From Bigelowiella natans CCMP2755 (Eukaryota > Protista > Cercozoa), in NCBI GenBank assembly GCA_000320545.1, contig ADNK01000086.1, positions 1 to 45,144 of the forward strand: DNA of 45,144 nucleotides, in the 5' to 3' direction. The translations under genes were made by a program, and so were the position numbers. The notes below the pieces were generated by a model. It searched no databases, was not told the DNA's origin, and saw only the letters and a list, made by a program, of their open reading frames with translations. Below are positions 1 through 10,179 of the stretch, piece by piece. Within the stretch, counting starts at the first letter, position 1. Every line of letters begins with the position of its first letter.

Positions 1-345
1 GACTTGCCACTAGTGCTCACAGCCCAGCGCATCTTCTCCTTTTCGTACCCGTGCAGATTTAGTGAAAAAGCGATCATTTCAAAACTCCCAATGCTATGAA
101 TACATTCCTCTTCCCTGAGAATCATTCCCGCCCCTCCCCCCCTCCTCCTCAGATATTCTTCAGAGGAAGTGGATAGAGCTGTACGATTCGTAATGAGCGC
201 CAACAAGCTTACTTCGAACCGTCCTTTGCTCATGCGCACACAGTCAATAAGCAGCGTAGATCAATTCGGATTCGATGGTGATGATGGGCAGGTAGAGGCA
301 GTGCCGCCTGATCTTACTCGCGCCAAAACGAGTGCACGCTCGTAA
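1..345 (+). CDS. 3' end of an unidentified spliced host gene (exons <1-44 and 153-345)
   Basis: Frame 1 reads DLPLVLTAQRIFSF up to a GT at 45. A pyrimidine tract and AG end at 152. The phase matches (TC|A), giving YSSEEVDRAVRFVMSANKLTSNRPLLMRTQSISSVDQFGFDGDDGQVEAVPPDLTRAKTSARS and a stop at 343-345. No recognisable domain. Confidence 0.55.
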
Positions 346-729
346 TGGATTGAGTGGGCGACGACTTCTAGTCGCGACAGCTAATAAATTGCATGATGAC
401 AGTGTATAATGTAACCTTCTGCGTGGCACATATCGTAATAAAGACCATTTCAGCCATCATTCTAAGCTATGACGATCCTCAAACCTATCTAGCTATGAAG
501 GACTGGCTAGCTGGGTCTAAATGTGCGCGCAAGGCCATGAATCGACCGATGAGCTACAATGAACAAATCGCTGGGGAAAAAAACGCCTGTGGCATAGTTC
601 GAACAAGGAAGTTAGCGAGTTACGTTGTGCCCTCGCTTCACTTGATGACAATTGCAACAAATCGCGCCGCATCTTTGCGCGCATGCGCGCATGGCGAGAT
701 GCATTGCAGCGCGCAGATGATGCATGCAC

Positions 730-2285
730 GTCTGGATTTTTCAAATGATTTTTCATGTGAATGCATGATGTCGCGCTCACTCTGGAGTGCACATCGCCCT
801 CGTCAGCGGCGTGTGCCAATGGGGATGTGCCGAGCACGTATTTGCTCTCAGCTGACGAGTTGAGAGACGAGGCCCTGCCGACAGGAGGTTCCCGTGCCTG
901 CTTTGCACCGGGCCTGTTGAGACAGCGATCCACGATTTTGTCGTCCTGCGCTGAATCGGGCATTGGGGTGCACGCATGCATCGCTGCTGCGTTGACAAGA
1001 GGCGGTTGAGCGTGATTCATGAAAGCGTTGATGAAACTTGAACTGTTGCTGTGGTGTTTGAGTTGAGTTTGCCTTTTGAGTTGTGTGTCCGTTTGAGTTG
1101 TGTCTTTTGAGTTGTGTTTGCATGCAAGCAGGCTCAAGTTGCGCGTGCGGCTCCGAGAAAGCTTTCACCTGCAATGCAATCATGCGTTGTTTTCACTGTG
1201 CGTCGTTCCGACGCCTTTGTCGCACTGCACGAACACTGTGTCGTGCAGAACGTTCTGTGACAGTTCCTGGACTTGTCCGAGAGTGCGGCCAGTCCGAGGA
1301 AGAACGAAGGAACTTTCCAAGAACACAAGAGCAGCGAACTGCACGTTCTCAGAACGTTCCGTGCTGGCACGTGCGTCACACGTGCCGCGAGGCGTCCCAG
1401 GACGTCGTGTGTCGCGGGTTGCGCACACAATGGACGTCGCTCTGCCTGTCCGGCCGTGGCGTGCAGACTGAGCGCCACAATGATGGCATTGAACACACAG
1501 GAATTTTCTCTGTTGTGTTTTTCAGGTTGATGGAACAGGGCACCAAAAGTTTTTGCTTCATCATTGACATCACGTTTGAGGTGTTTGCAGTTCATGGCCA
1601 TGTTGTCATCATTGTTTTTCACAACAATTTGACTGACATCATGATCACTTGATGATTTGACATCGCATGCCAGCATGAACCATTGTGAACAATTTTGATG
1701 TGATCACTGATGACACTGCGCTCAAATGAAGGATTGTTCATTTCATTGGCCGCATTTTGGTTTCTCATCAAGACTCCGAAACTTGTCTGTTGAACAATTT
1801 TGAATTTGTCTCAACAATTCTGCCAATGGCATTTCCAAATGCTTGCCATGCACAGTTTGCAAGTTTTTTCCAAAATCACACCGTTGATGGTCATCACACT
1901 TGCTAATCTCAGCCCTTTGTGATTGAATTCATTGATGGCGTGTTTTCTTTCTTCATCTGTCTTGCGATGAACAAAAAGTGTGAAACTTGTGTTGCTGCCA
2001 CCATGAATTGTGCGACGTGTTTTTTTCAGTTGGCTTTCGTTGAGGTTTCTGAAAGAATTGAGACTGCCATTCACAACTTCAAAGGTGAACCTTTGACGTT
2101 CAATTTGTTGCAAGTTCCACCTCCAATCTCAACTGATCTGTTGGTGTTGATGTTGCATCCATGACCGCATTTTTCATCTCTTTGTTTTCAATTTCAGTGA
2201 AAAGCTTTTGCAAGTTCTTTTTTTGAAGAGAACTGAACTTTCCAAATTTTTTCCAAAACTTTTCATCTGCAAAATTGAAGTTCAC
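730..2285 (-). pseudogene. Degenerate intronless viral-type ORF, possibly the N-terminal region of a Polinton-like-virus replication protein, interrupted by the solo LTR
   Basis: Frameshifted K/N/F-rich fragments: MNFNFADEKFWKKFGK..., ERQRFTFEVVNGSLN..., and NNDDNMAMNCKHLKRDVNDEAKTFGALFHQPEKHNRENSCVFNAIM|HSHEKSFEK. It has no introns, unlike host genes. The family assignment rests on recalled resemblance, not a search. Confidence 0.4.
769..1479. mobile_element. Solo LTR (711 bp, TG...CA) with 4-bp target-site duplication ATGA
   Basis: It starts TGTCGCGCTCA (769) and ends TGAGCGCCACA (1479), an 11-bp terminal inverted repeat with one mismatch. ATGA flanks both sides (765-768 and 1480-1483). 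Removing it rejoins the interrupted minus-strand frame: ...NSCVFNAIM-HSHEKSFEKSR. It contains a ~17-bp ttgagttgtg-type tandem array at ~1057-1120. Confidence 0.8.
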
Positions 2286-2294
2286 ATTCAGCCC

Positions 2295-3179
2295 TTCATT
2301 TCACATGCCGGGGAAAAAGAAATGCAGAACAGCGAAGGAAGAGCGCGGTGACTGTGAAGGCAGAGGCAACGGTGACAGTTGCTGACTTAGCGGTGTGGCG
2401 CCACGCAATGGAGGGCAAGGGAAAGGACATCTTTGCGGCGTGCATGGACAGGATCAACACCTGTTGTTCTGAAAAATGAGGACACCACAATCTGATGAAT
2501 TTGAGTTCATTCTCCAGGTTCATCGAAAAAAATCAGCGCAGAACACCACAGGTGGAAAAATGCAAGCGCATCAGACGAAGTGGGTTGACATCAGATGAGT
2601 CACGATTGTTTGCAATTGCCCTCTCTCTCTCCATCTCTCTCTCTCAAGAGATCTCAACATGGCAGAGCACGGATTGAACAAAGGGACATGTTTTGTGGAC
2701 AAGAATGCATTGCAGGCGCAGGTGGCTGCTTTCAAGCTGAAGGTGAATCGCGGAACTCGGACGGTCAAGTCTGACGCAAGGGCGATCAAACTTGAGTTGT
2801 CCCGCATCGGGCTGCAATTTTCGCTCAATGCTTCACTCCAGAAGTCGTCTCATTTTCGCATTGGCAGGTTTGTGGGGAGAAGGGGAGAGGGGGGTGGGGG
2901 TCATGGTTGGGAGAAGGGGGGAGGGTCATGGTTGGGAGAAGGGGGGAGGGTCGGGGTTGGGGGTGCAGTCTTTCATCAGTGCACACGTGCATGCATGCAC
3001 ATCAACATGCACACACATGTGTGTGTGTGCATCTTCCTCCCCATCTCTCTCTCCACTTGCATGAGCATGCATGCATGTGCACACGTGTGCACACGTGTTT
3101 GTGCACATGCATGCCATTGAAAGACTGCATCTTTCATTTCCCCCCCCTCCCCCCATCTCCTTCTCTTTCTCTCCCTCAT

Positions 3180-3223
<44 letters not shown>

Positions 3224-3501
3224 GGTGCATGATCCAATCATCGCTTGCATTTTTTCACCTGTGGTGTTCTGCGCTGATTTTTTTTGATGAACCTCGAGAA
3301 TGAACCCAAATGCGTTAGATCGTGGTGTCCTTTTTCAGAACAATGGGTGTTGATCCTGTCCATGCATGCCACAAAGTTGTCCTTTCCCCTGCCCTCCATT
3401 GCGTGGCGCCACACCGCTAAGTCATGTCACCGTTACCTTCACATTCACCGCGCTCTTCCTTCGCTGTTTTGCATTTCTTTTTCCCCGGTGAGGAAAATGA
3501 A
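2295..3501 (+). mobile_element. Non-autonomous Mutator-like element (MULE) with ~270-bp inverted repeats
   Basis: 2295-2568 is the reverse complement of 3242-3501 with scattered substitutions and small indels. The ORF track shows near-identical peptides at 2296-2523(-) and 3284-3520(+). The interior carries a MuDR-like transposase fragment. No 9-bp TSD was found, so the true ends are uncertain. Confidence 0.7.
2649..2867 (+). pseudogene. MuDR/Mutator transposase N-terminal DNA-binding domain fragment (exon-like, AG...GT bounded)
   Basis: With two compensating frameshifts it reads GLNKGTCFVDKNALQAQVAAFKLKVNRGTRTVKSDARAIKLE-CPASGCNF-RLNASLQKSSHFRIG. This fits the MuDR pattern G..F.DK..L...V......V.KSD.......C...GC.(F/W)RL.AS......F.I. 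Confidence 0.65.
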
Positions 3502-3645
3502 TTTTTGCTTGAAAATTTAAAGGATTCGGCGAATGTGCCAGTGACATCGGGTCATAGCGGGCAGCATCGGGTCAATCTGAAATCACCCAAAGGACTTTTA
3601 GCAACGTTCAAAAGAACCCCACCATAGACCACCGAAGACATCCGG

Positions 3646-3800
3646 ACATGTAAAACTGGGATTTATAAAGCCCGGGTGCTCGAGAAGTAATCCCGGGTTA
3701 ATTTGGGTTTCGATATCCAAAAATAACCTAAAAAGAACGAAAACCCGGTATTATTTCTCGAGCACCCGGACTTTATAAATCCCAAGTTCCGGGTACATGT
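3646..3800. repeat. Small foldback/MITE-like hairpin (~43-bp arms, ~42-bp spacer)
   Basis: Arm 3657-3699 (tgggatttataaagcccgggtgctcgagaagtaatcccgggtt) is complementary to 3742-3784 with about 3 mismatches. An outer acatgta/tacatgt pair lies at 3646-3652 and 3794-3800. Confidence 0.8.
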
Positions 3801-3903
3801 ACAGAACAGAATATTCCACGCTCCGAGAATTTGAGCAAGCTCCTACCTCTACTCGCACTTTCAACAATTCTGCCTCGACAATTGACTAATAACACAGCTC
3901 AGC

Positions 3904-4871
3904 ATGACTCAACAACGAACAGCAAAAGATATGAGGAAGCTTTATTCCATCGGAGGAAAGATGCCAGAACTGAGCTTTGGACCATGTGCCACCGTCTTCA
4001 AAGCTAGGCGGAAGTCGGACAAGGCCGATCTCTTGTGCGTGCAGTACAACTACAATCACAGTCAACGTCATGTCTCTGAAGGGTTCAGAATGGAAACGCA
4101 AAGTAATTTGTGTTCATACATATTTTCATATTTTTGTGATAGCGAGAATATAAAAACATGCGTGTGTCCGTTTATCCATATCGATTCTCATTTCTCTTTC
4201 TGAGATTCTGTGGGATTCATTGCACAGGTATGATTTCAATCCAATGTCGTCTAAAGCATCCAAACATCGAGAAGATCGTGGATATTTTCGACACGAAAGG
4301 ATGTCATTGGGTTTTCTTCGAAGCTTACCCGTGTGAAGATCTTCGCGATAAAATTACAAAAAGTGGTCCCTTTGAGGAAAAGGAGGCTGCCATGTATGTC
4401 AAAGACATTGCAAATGCCTTGCAATTCGCACATGAGAAAAAAATTGTCCACAGAGGTCTCTGTTTGGATAAACTATATGTTGCGGCTGACAATAAGACAA
4501 TCAAAATATGCGGTTGGAGGCACGCATTTGTTAACTCGGGGCATCAACCGAAAGTATCATTTGCGGGTGATGTCTACACCATGGCACCAGAAATCCTCAA
4601 CGAAACCCCACAAGGACCTGCAATCGATGTGTGGTCTCTGGGTGTTGTCACGTACATTATGCTAGTCGGATATCCTCCCTTCCATTCTCCTGATGGATCA
4701 GATAAAATGCGGTTTGAGCTCATCAAGAAGGGGAAATACTCCATGGACCCAAAATACTGGGACAAGGTGTCTTCATCTGCAAAAGACTTCATCAAAAAGA
4801 CCCTTGTGGTGGATCCATCCAAACGCATCAGCATGTCAGATGTCTCAAAGCATCCCTGGCTTCAAGCTTAG
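3904..4871 (+). CDS. CAMK-group protein kinase-fold protein, predicted pseudokinase (exons 3904-4102 and 4228-4871; 280 aa)
   Basis: A phase-1 GT-AG intron at 4103-4227 joins the two ORFs. Conserved kinase motifs: LKHPNI, APE, DVWSLGV, GYPPF, WDKVSSSAKDFI, DPSKR, HPWL. Degenerate catalytic motifs: no GxGxxG, VAIK replaced by LCVQ, HRD by HRG, DFG by GWR. Confidence 0.85.
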
Positions 4872-4934
4872 ATCGGAAATTGGAGATGATTCTGGCTCAA
4901 AAGGCCATAGACATATTCTCTCCAAAATGCACAT

Positions 4935-5235
4935 TGAATTAACACTCATTTCAATGTTAAATTGACCGTTTGCACAAAAATGATCTCAAATTGACTGTTT
5001 GCAAAGTGTCAATTTGACAAATGTGTGGTGTCAGTGCACTGTCAATTCAACAAAAACTGTAGCGTGTCAAATTAACAGTTTGAAACAAATGTCAAATCAA
5101 CTATTTTGCCAAATTTTGAGTAGTCACATTTTTCATTTGACATCTAAAAGTGTCAAATTGGTTCAAAATCTTTCAAATTGACGGTTTTGCATGTTAATTT
5201 GATACTTCTCATGCAAAAATGTCAATTTGACAAAA
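4935..5235. repeat. Cluster of short direct and inverted motifs (TGTCAA[A/T]TT / AATTTGACA), resembling transposon subterminal repeats
   Basis: Repeated gtgtcaatttgaca, tgtcaattcaaca, gtgtcaaattaaca, atgtcaaatcaac, gtgtcaaattgg and tgtcaatttgaca within 300 bp. Confidence 0.55.
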
Positions 5236-5950
5236 AAGTCACTGATTTTCAATGGTTTGCGTGCACATGCTCCAAGCAACGCATAGCATGATGCATCATC
5301 CGCAACATCCGCAATGACACGCACTCATTGCGTTGCACACACAATGGACACGCAACATCACACTTGTGTCACGTGTGCCATTGCTGTGTACGTGTCTGCA
5401 ATCAGACGTGCATTGTCGTGCGTGCACATCGTGTGTGCTGTGTGCTCGATCTAGCTTGCTGGCAAGCTAGCCAGTGCAGAACACATACTGGTCTGCTGCA
5501 GTGCTGCCCTGCCACACTTCCAGTCACAGAACGATGACTTGTTGAAGTGTGCATTTTGACGTTTCCGTTTTCTTGCAAGCATGCATGCGATTTGTTCAGT
5601 TGTCATTGCACGAAGGGGGGTCATGTCAAGTTGTGCACTGAAAACGCTGCAGCACACACTGCCAAGCTAGCAAGTGGGTGCAGCTAGCTAGATCTGGTGA
5701 AAACACAGCCTCTAGCAATGTTTTTGGCCATTTGTTTGCTCACATGTACATCCATCTAGCCATGTCATGGGCACATCTGCGACATTCATCGATGCATTTT
5801 GCATCCCAAGACACATCCAGAGACACCTACTTCGGTTCAAGCCTTTCATCGTGTTGATTTCTGTTCGCCATTTCCTAATGTTTCCCCACTGCCAACCGCA
5901 TGTTTGCACAATGAACACCTGGTCGAAAGCACTCTCTCATGTCTCACCTG

Positions 5951-6475
5951 CAAAATTGTGAGATGGAAGAAACAAGAATCCCCATCGATCTCATCAGTGA
6001 GCATTTCAGATCAGCACATGCCTCTGCCTGTCATGGTTTTCAAGGATCATCAGCAGATAGCCCCATCACCGTGTTCGACACTGATGCCTGTGGAACAAAT
6101 CGCAAGTGGCTCTGAACTGCCACAACTCGTTCAACTGACCTTTCACAGATGCAAACACATCAGCACAGCGATGAAGAATGCCACAGATCAAAAGAAAGTG
6201 TGATTTCTCAAAAACCACGAATGAAAGCATCTTCGCACAAATCTCAGGAAAAAAGAGCTGGTGGAACTTGGAATGATGAATAAGAATGCATTGATGACAA
6301 ATGGGCAAGAGGAATTGCTGGTGGACATCCCCACTGCCCTGTGTGTCGTTGTGCTCTTGCTAGCTTGCTGCTGATGATGTCTCTGTAGACAGAATTGAGA
6401 ATGACCTACCCCATCTCTGGAACAACTGTGGATCACGTTGTGTGGGGTGCAATTTGTCTCGCAACAAGCAAAACA
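5951..6475 (+). pseudogene. Degenerate SF1 helicase C-terminus followed by an HNH-like nuclease domain; probable Polinton-like-virus/endogenous DNA virus remnant
   Basis: The frame from 5951 reads ...EHFRSAHASACHGFQGSSADSPITVFDTDACGTNRKWL*TATTRSTDL (SF1 motifs V and VI: YA.T.H..QG.S and LYTA.TR). It continues SSHKSQEKRAGGTW..ECIDDKW...HCPVCRC, then after a frameshift SVDRIENDLPHLWNNC...CVGCN (CxxC...DR.DN...H...N....C..CN). It has in-frame stops. Confidence 0.7.
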
Positions 6476-6606
6476 CATGCCCAGCATTTGGTGGATGCAC
6501 ATGCACCTCAGGATGTTGAATTTGAGGACAAGGTTAGTGATGAGGATTCATTGGATTTGGGAATTTTGTGAATGATTTTCATCATCAACATTGATGATGA
6601 TGAAAA

Positions 6607-6801
6607 TCATGTCATTCCATTTTCATGATTTTTTCTTGCTATGACAGAACACTTGTTGCAAGTTTTGTGAATTTCGGCATTTCTTCTTTTGAAGAAGCAT
6701 TTTTTTTTGTGCATGCGACAACCAGAACATTTTCTTGAATCATTCAAATTGACATCACTTTTGTTCAGTTTTGTAGTGGAACATTTTCTCAAATCACTCA
6801 C
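6607..6801 (-). pseudogene. Small CxxC...CxxC zinc-ribbon-like ORF of viral/mobile type
   Basis: RKCSGCRMHKKKCFFKRRNAEIHKTCNKC. It is intronless, TA-depleted and next to the helicase/HNH remnant. Confidence 0.4.
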
Positions 6802-8132
6802 ACGTTGATGTCATGTGCACTCATTCAGTCTTTGAATCTTGCATTTGACTTTGTCAGCAGTGATGTTTTGCGATGTGGTCAGCAGTTGTCATTTCGTGTC
6901 ATTCCAGAAATTGCCCAAATCAGTTGGTCGTCAGCAGGTGAATTTTTGGGATTTCAATTTTGCGATTTTCCGAAATGAAATGTGGGGTGAGCTCCACCTG
7001 CTGCTGCCCAGCTAGCATGTTTTTCCACCATTGCCATGTTGTCCTAGACGCAGCGCACGCTTCCCACAGCTAGCTAGCTGCAGCCACAACGACCAAAGCT
7101 GTGTTGTTTCTTTCTGCTGTTTGCAATGAGACAATGAGATGTGGGACAGACGAACGCAATTGATTCCGAATGAATCAACTCGCCATGCACATGATGCATG
7201 GTCACATCAGTTGCCTGTGCATCGCATGCATGCTGATGCGTGTTGGCCACATGCTTTGCACAGTCACGTGAGGATGACCATTGAACAAACTTGATTGACC
7301 AATTGCATCCGCCTCACATGCCTCTGCTTTGTGCACATGGCAACTCTGGAACTGTCAGAATGTTGGTGTCTATTGCCAAATGCAATTGATGGAATGCAGT
7401 TTTTCCATTCATTGCTTCTGTCTGTTTCTAGCCGTCTCTGGTCTCACATTCTGCCATCACGACGCATCATGTCACCACTAGACTGGCTAGTTGGCTTGTC
7501 TACACACAATGCTAGAATGACACACCAATGCAAGCGACAAAGCTTTCATGGAATGGCAACTTTTTGTGCATGTGTTGTGATGCATGCGCTAGTGCACATG
7601 CCATGTTGGCCTCAACTGTCGTGACCTTGTGTTCAGACCATGCGCATTGCCCTGGTACTACCAGCACTGCTGCTGCTAGCTGACTAGATTCAGTTGTGAT
7701 GTGTTTGCTATGCATAGTTGAATGTACTCTTTTTGTAGATTTTTTCAAGTTTTCAATGCACTTGTTTCACAAGTAAACAATATAAATGATAGTATGTTCG
7801 ACGAAATATAAATAAAGAAGCACAACGCGTCTTTCGACGCTACACAACACGTACAGGTCAATTTAACATACATAATGTAAGGTGAACCACATCCAGACAT
7901 GCGCTAGCATGCGTGCACTTGAGACAATATTAAAAAAGTCCGAAACACCATTCTAGCATTGACAATGACGATAGCAACATGCAATTTTCTCACGCACCGC
8001 TGCGCTGCGGAGACGTGCCACTCTAGCACTACAACAATTAATATCTGGAGTATTAAATACGATAAATGGACAATCACTCATCGCCATACAAAAACACACG
8101 AGTGCAGCATGAGCACACTGTTGTTTTGAATT

Positions 8133-8651
8133 CTACTCGGACAATGATATCGACACCTTATGGGGCGGTAAAAAACAGAGGGAAAACATAACCGTAAATC
8201 AACTACAAAAAGAGGGCAATCACGCTCCACACAAACAACAAAACCGCACTGACGATTCATGGCATTGGATCGGGAATACTTTACAAAAAAAGAAATCAAT
8301 AGCACATTTTATCTTTCTTCGGAGTTTTAACGCACGCGCGTCCTCCGGCAACGTGTGAAGGAATCTTCAAAGACTAATACAACGTATCACCTCCTCGCTG
8401 CTCAGCGTGACTTTGTCCCCGGTCTTCAGATTTGTTACCTTTGAGATAAATATACACAAAAACAGAAATTCATCGGTTATTCTGCTGCTATTATCACTTA
8501 AAAGGCGAGCATTGCTGCATTTCGAGGCGGTGTCGTTCGTCCTACCACCAGCCCATCCTGGGAGATGTGCAATACGCGGGCCTGGAAATCTCTCGAATCC
8601 TTCACCTACAAAGAGAGAAGGGGAGGCATGTTGCGGCGGAGGTGGGGCAGA

Positions 8652-8699
<48 letters not shown>

Positions 8700-9236
8700 T
8701 ATGTATATATCCTGGGCGGCGCTGCTACCTCTTTCGACACGTGATGTACTGTGACCACGTTCCCAACCAAGACGTCTAGTTTCGTGAACTCATTGATGAC
8801 CTGGAGGGGGGAGGGGAGGGGGGGGGAGAAGGGACAGATTCAGATAATTAAACCAAGATATTGAACAACCAACACAGGGCAGAATCAGAGAGAATCCTCT
8901 CTGTTACAACACGTGCGTGCGCGCGCATACATACCACGTTCAGAGGCAGCTTCATTAAAGCTTCGAGCTCCGCTAGCACCACAGCTAAGACTCTCTCCCG
9001 TTCCACAGGATATCCCTGGGGGAGAGGGAGGCGAAAACATTGACGACGGTTGAGAGGAGGGAGGGAGGGGGGCATGATGTCTGTTCGGAAAACGGGGAGG
9101 GGGGGGAGGGGAAAGATGTATTGTACAAAGGCACAAAAGTAGAAGCATCGACTCTCTGCACGCATTCAAGAGCATAGCACTGCGTGTTTTTGATATCTGA
9201 CCAAAGCGTCCCTAATGGAAATAGCCTGGAATACGC

Positions 9237-9277
<41 letters not shown>

Positions 9278-9809
9278 GAATGAGTATAAATTACAGACAA
9301 TAACACGTACATTTTCCACTCAAATCCAGCGGTGCGCATTCACAGCTGCTAACGACGACACCTTGTTTTTCCCTCCAAGCGCGAGAACGTCCTTAACATT
9401 CTCGTTTGTGTTGATGCCTACCCCGACCACGGCACCGGAGTGCCCTTGCTGCTCCGCCATCGATCGCCACAGAGAAAGGGATATCGGTGAGAAAGAAGAA
9501 GAAAAAGAAGAAGAAGAAGAAGAAGAAGAAGAAGAAAACACAGAATCAGGAGAGCAGCAGCAGAATAGTGACTTAAAGTGCCCAAAATTTCGAGGAAGAG
9601 AGAGAGGAGAGAACAGGTATTGTTGATTGTATGAGACGAAATGCTCGAATGCGTTTGCATCTAAATGATCAGTGCTTACATACATAGCAGCATAGTGTGT
9701 GTGTGGGGGGGGGGAGTACTGACCCTTCCGATGTAGTCAATTAATGCTCCGGCGACTTTGTAGCCATTGATCTAAGCATGAGCATTTAGTTAGCGTTCTG
9801 CACACACGC

Positions 9810-9849
<40 letters not shown>

Positions 9850-10107
9850 GGGATATCAAATTTGATTTTATTCAGAATATCTTAAAAGGCCAGGGAGATG
9901 ACAGCTATTCCTCCTCCTCATCCTCCTCTCTCTCCTATGCTGCTCCTACGTTCATATTCTTATGAATCTTGTTAAAATTGAATGATCTCACCCAGACATC
10001 GTTCGGCCACTTGACTCCCACATACGAAACACCTTTGGAATAGAATATGCGCAGTTTGTGATGATCGCTCATTAAAACATATATGACGATGTTATTAACG
10101 TGTTTCA

Positions 10108-10179
<72 letters not shown>

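Larger units (their letters stand above)
622..3315. other. Block almost devoid of TpA dinucleotides (hypermutated repeat DNA)
   Basis: By eye there are only about 3 TA dinucleotides (near 839, 1904 and 2388) in ~2.7 kb, including AT-rich stretches. TG and CA are abundant. The ORFs here almost lack Tyr and are rich in Cys/His. Confidence 0.9.
5450..7700. other. Second TpA-depleted block, in which many surviving TA dinucleotides lie in CTAG
   Basis: TA is rare, and more than half of the survivors (by eye) are in CTAG/GCTAGC, e.g. near 5450, 5468, 5667, 5683, 5712, 5755, 6359, 7010, 7044, 7069, 7427, 7478, 7486, 7511, 7588 and 7676. Confidence 0.75.

Noticed and set aside
2285-3512. 9-bp target-site duplication around the MULE
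   Set aside because: The flanks (cacattcagccc versus tttttgcttg) do not match, so the ends may be truncated.
393-3520. Many long overlapping ORFs in all six frames
   Set aside because: They are a by-product of TpA loss, which removes TAA/TAG stops. The peptides are Cys/His-rich and nearly Tyr-free, and are not real genes.
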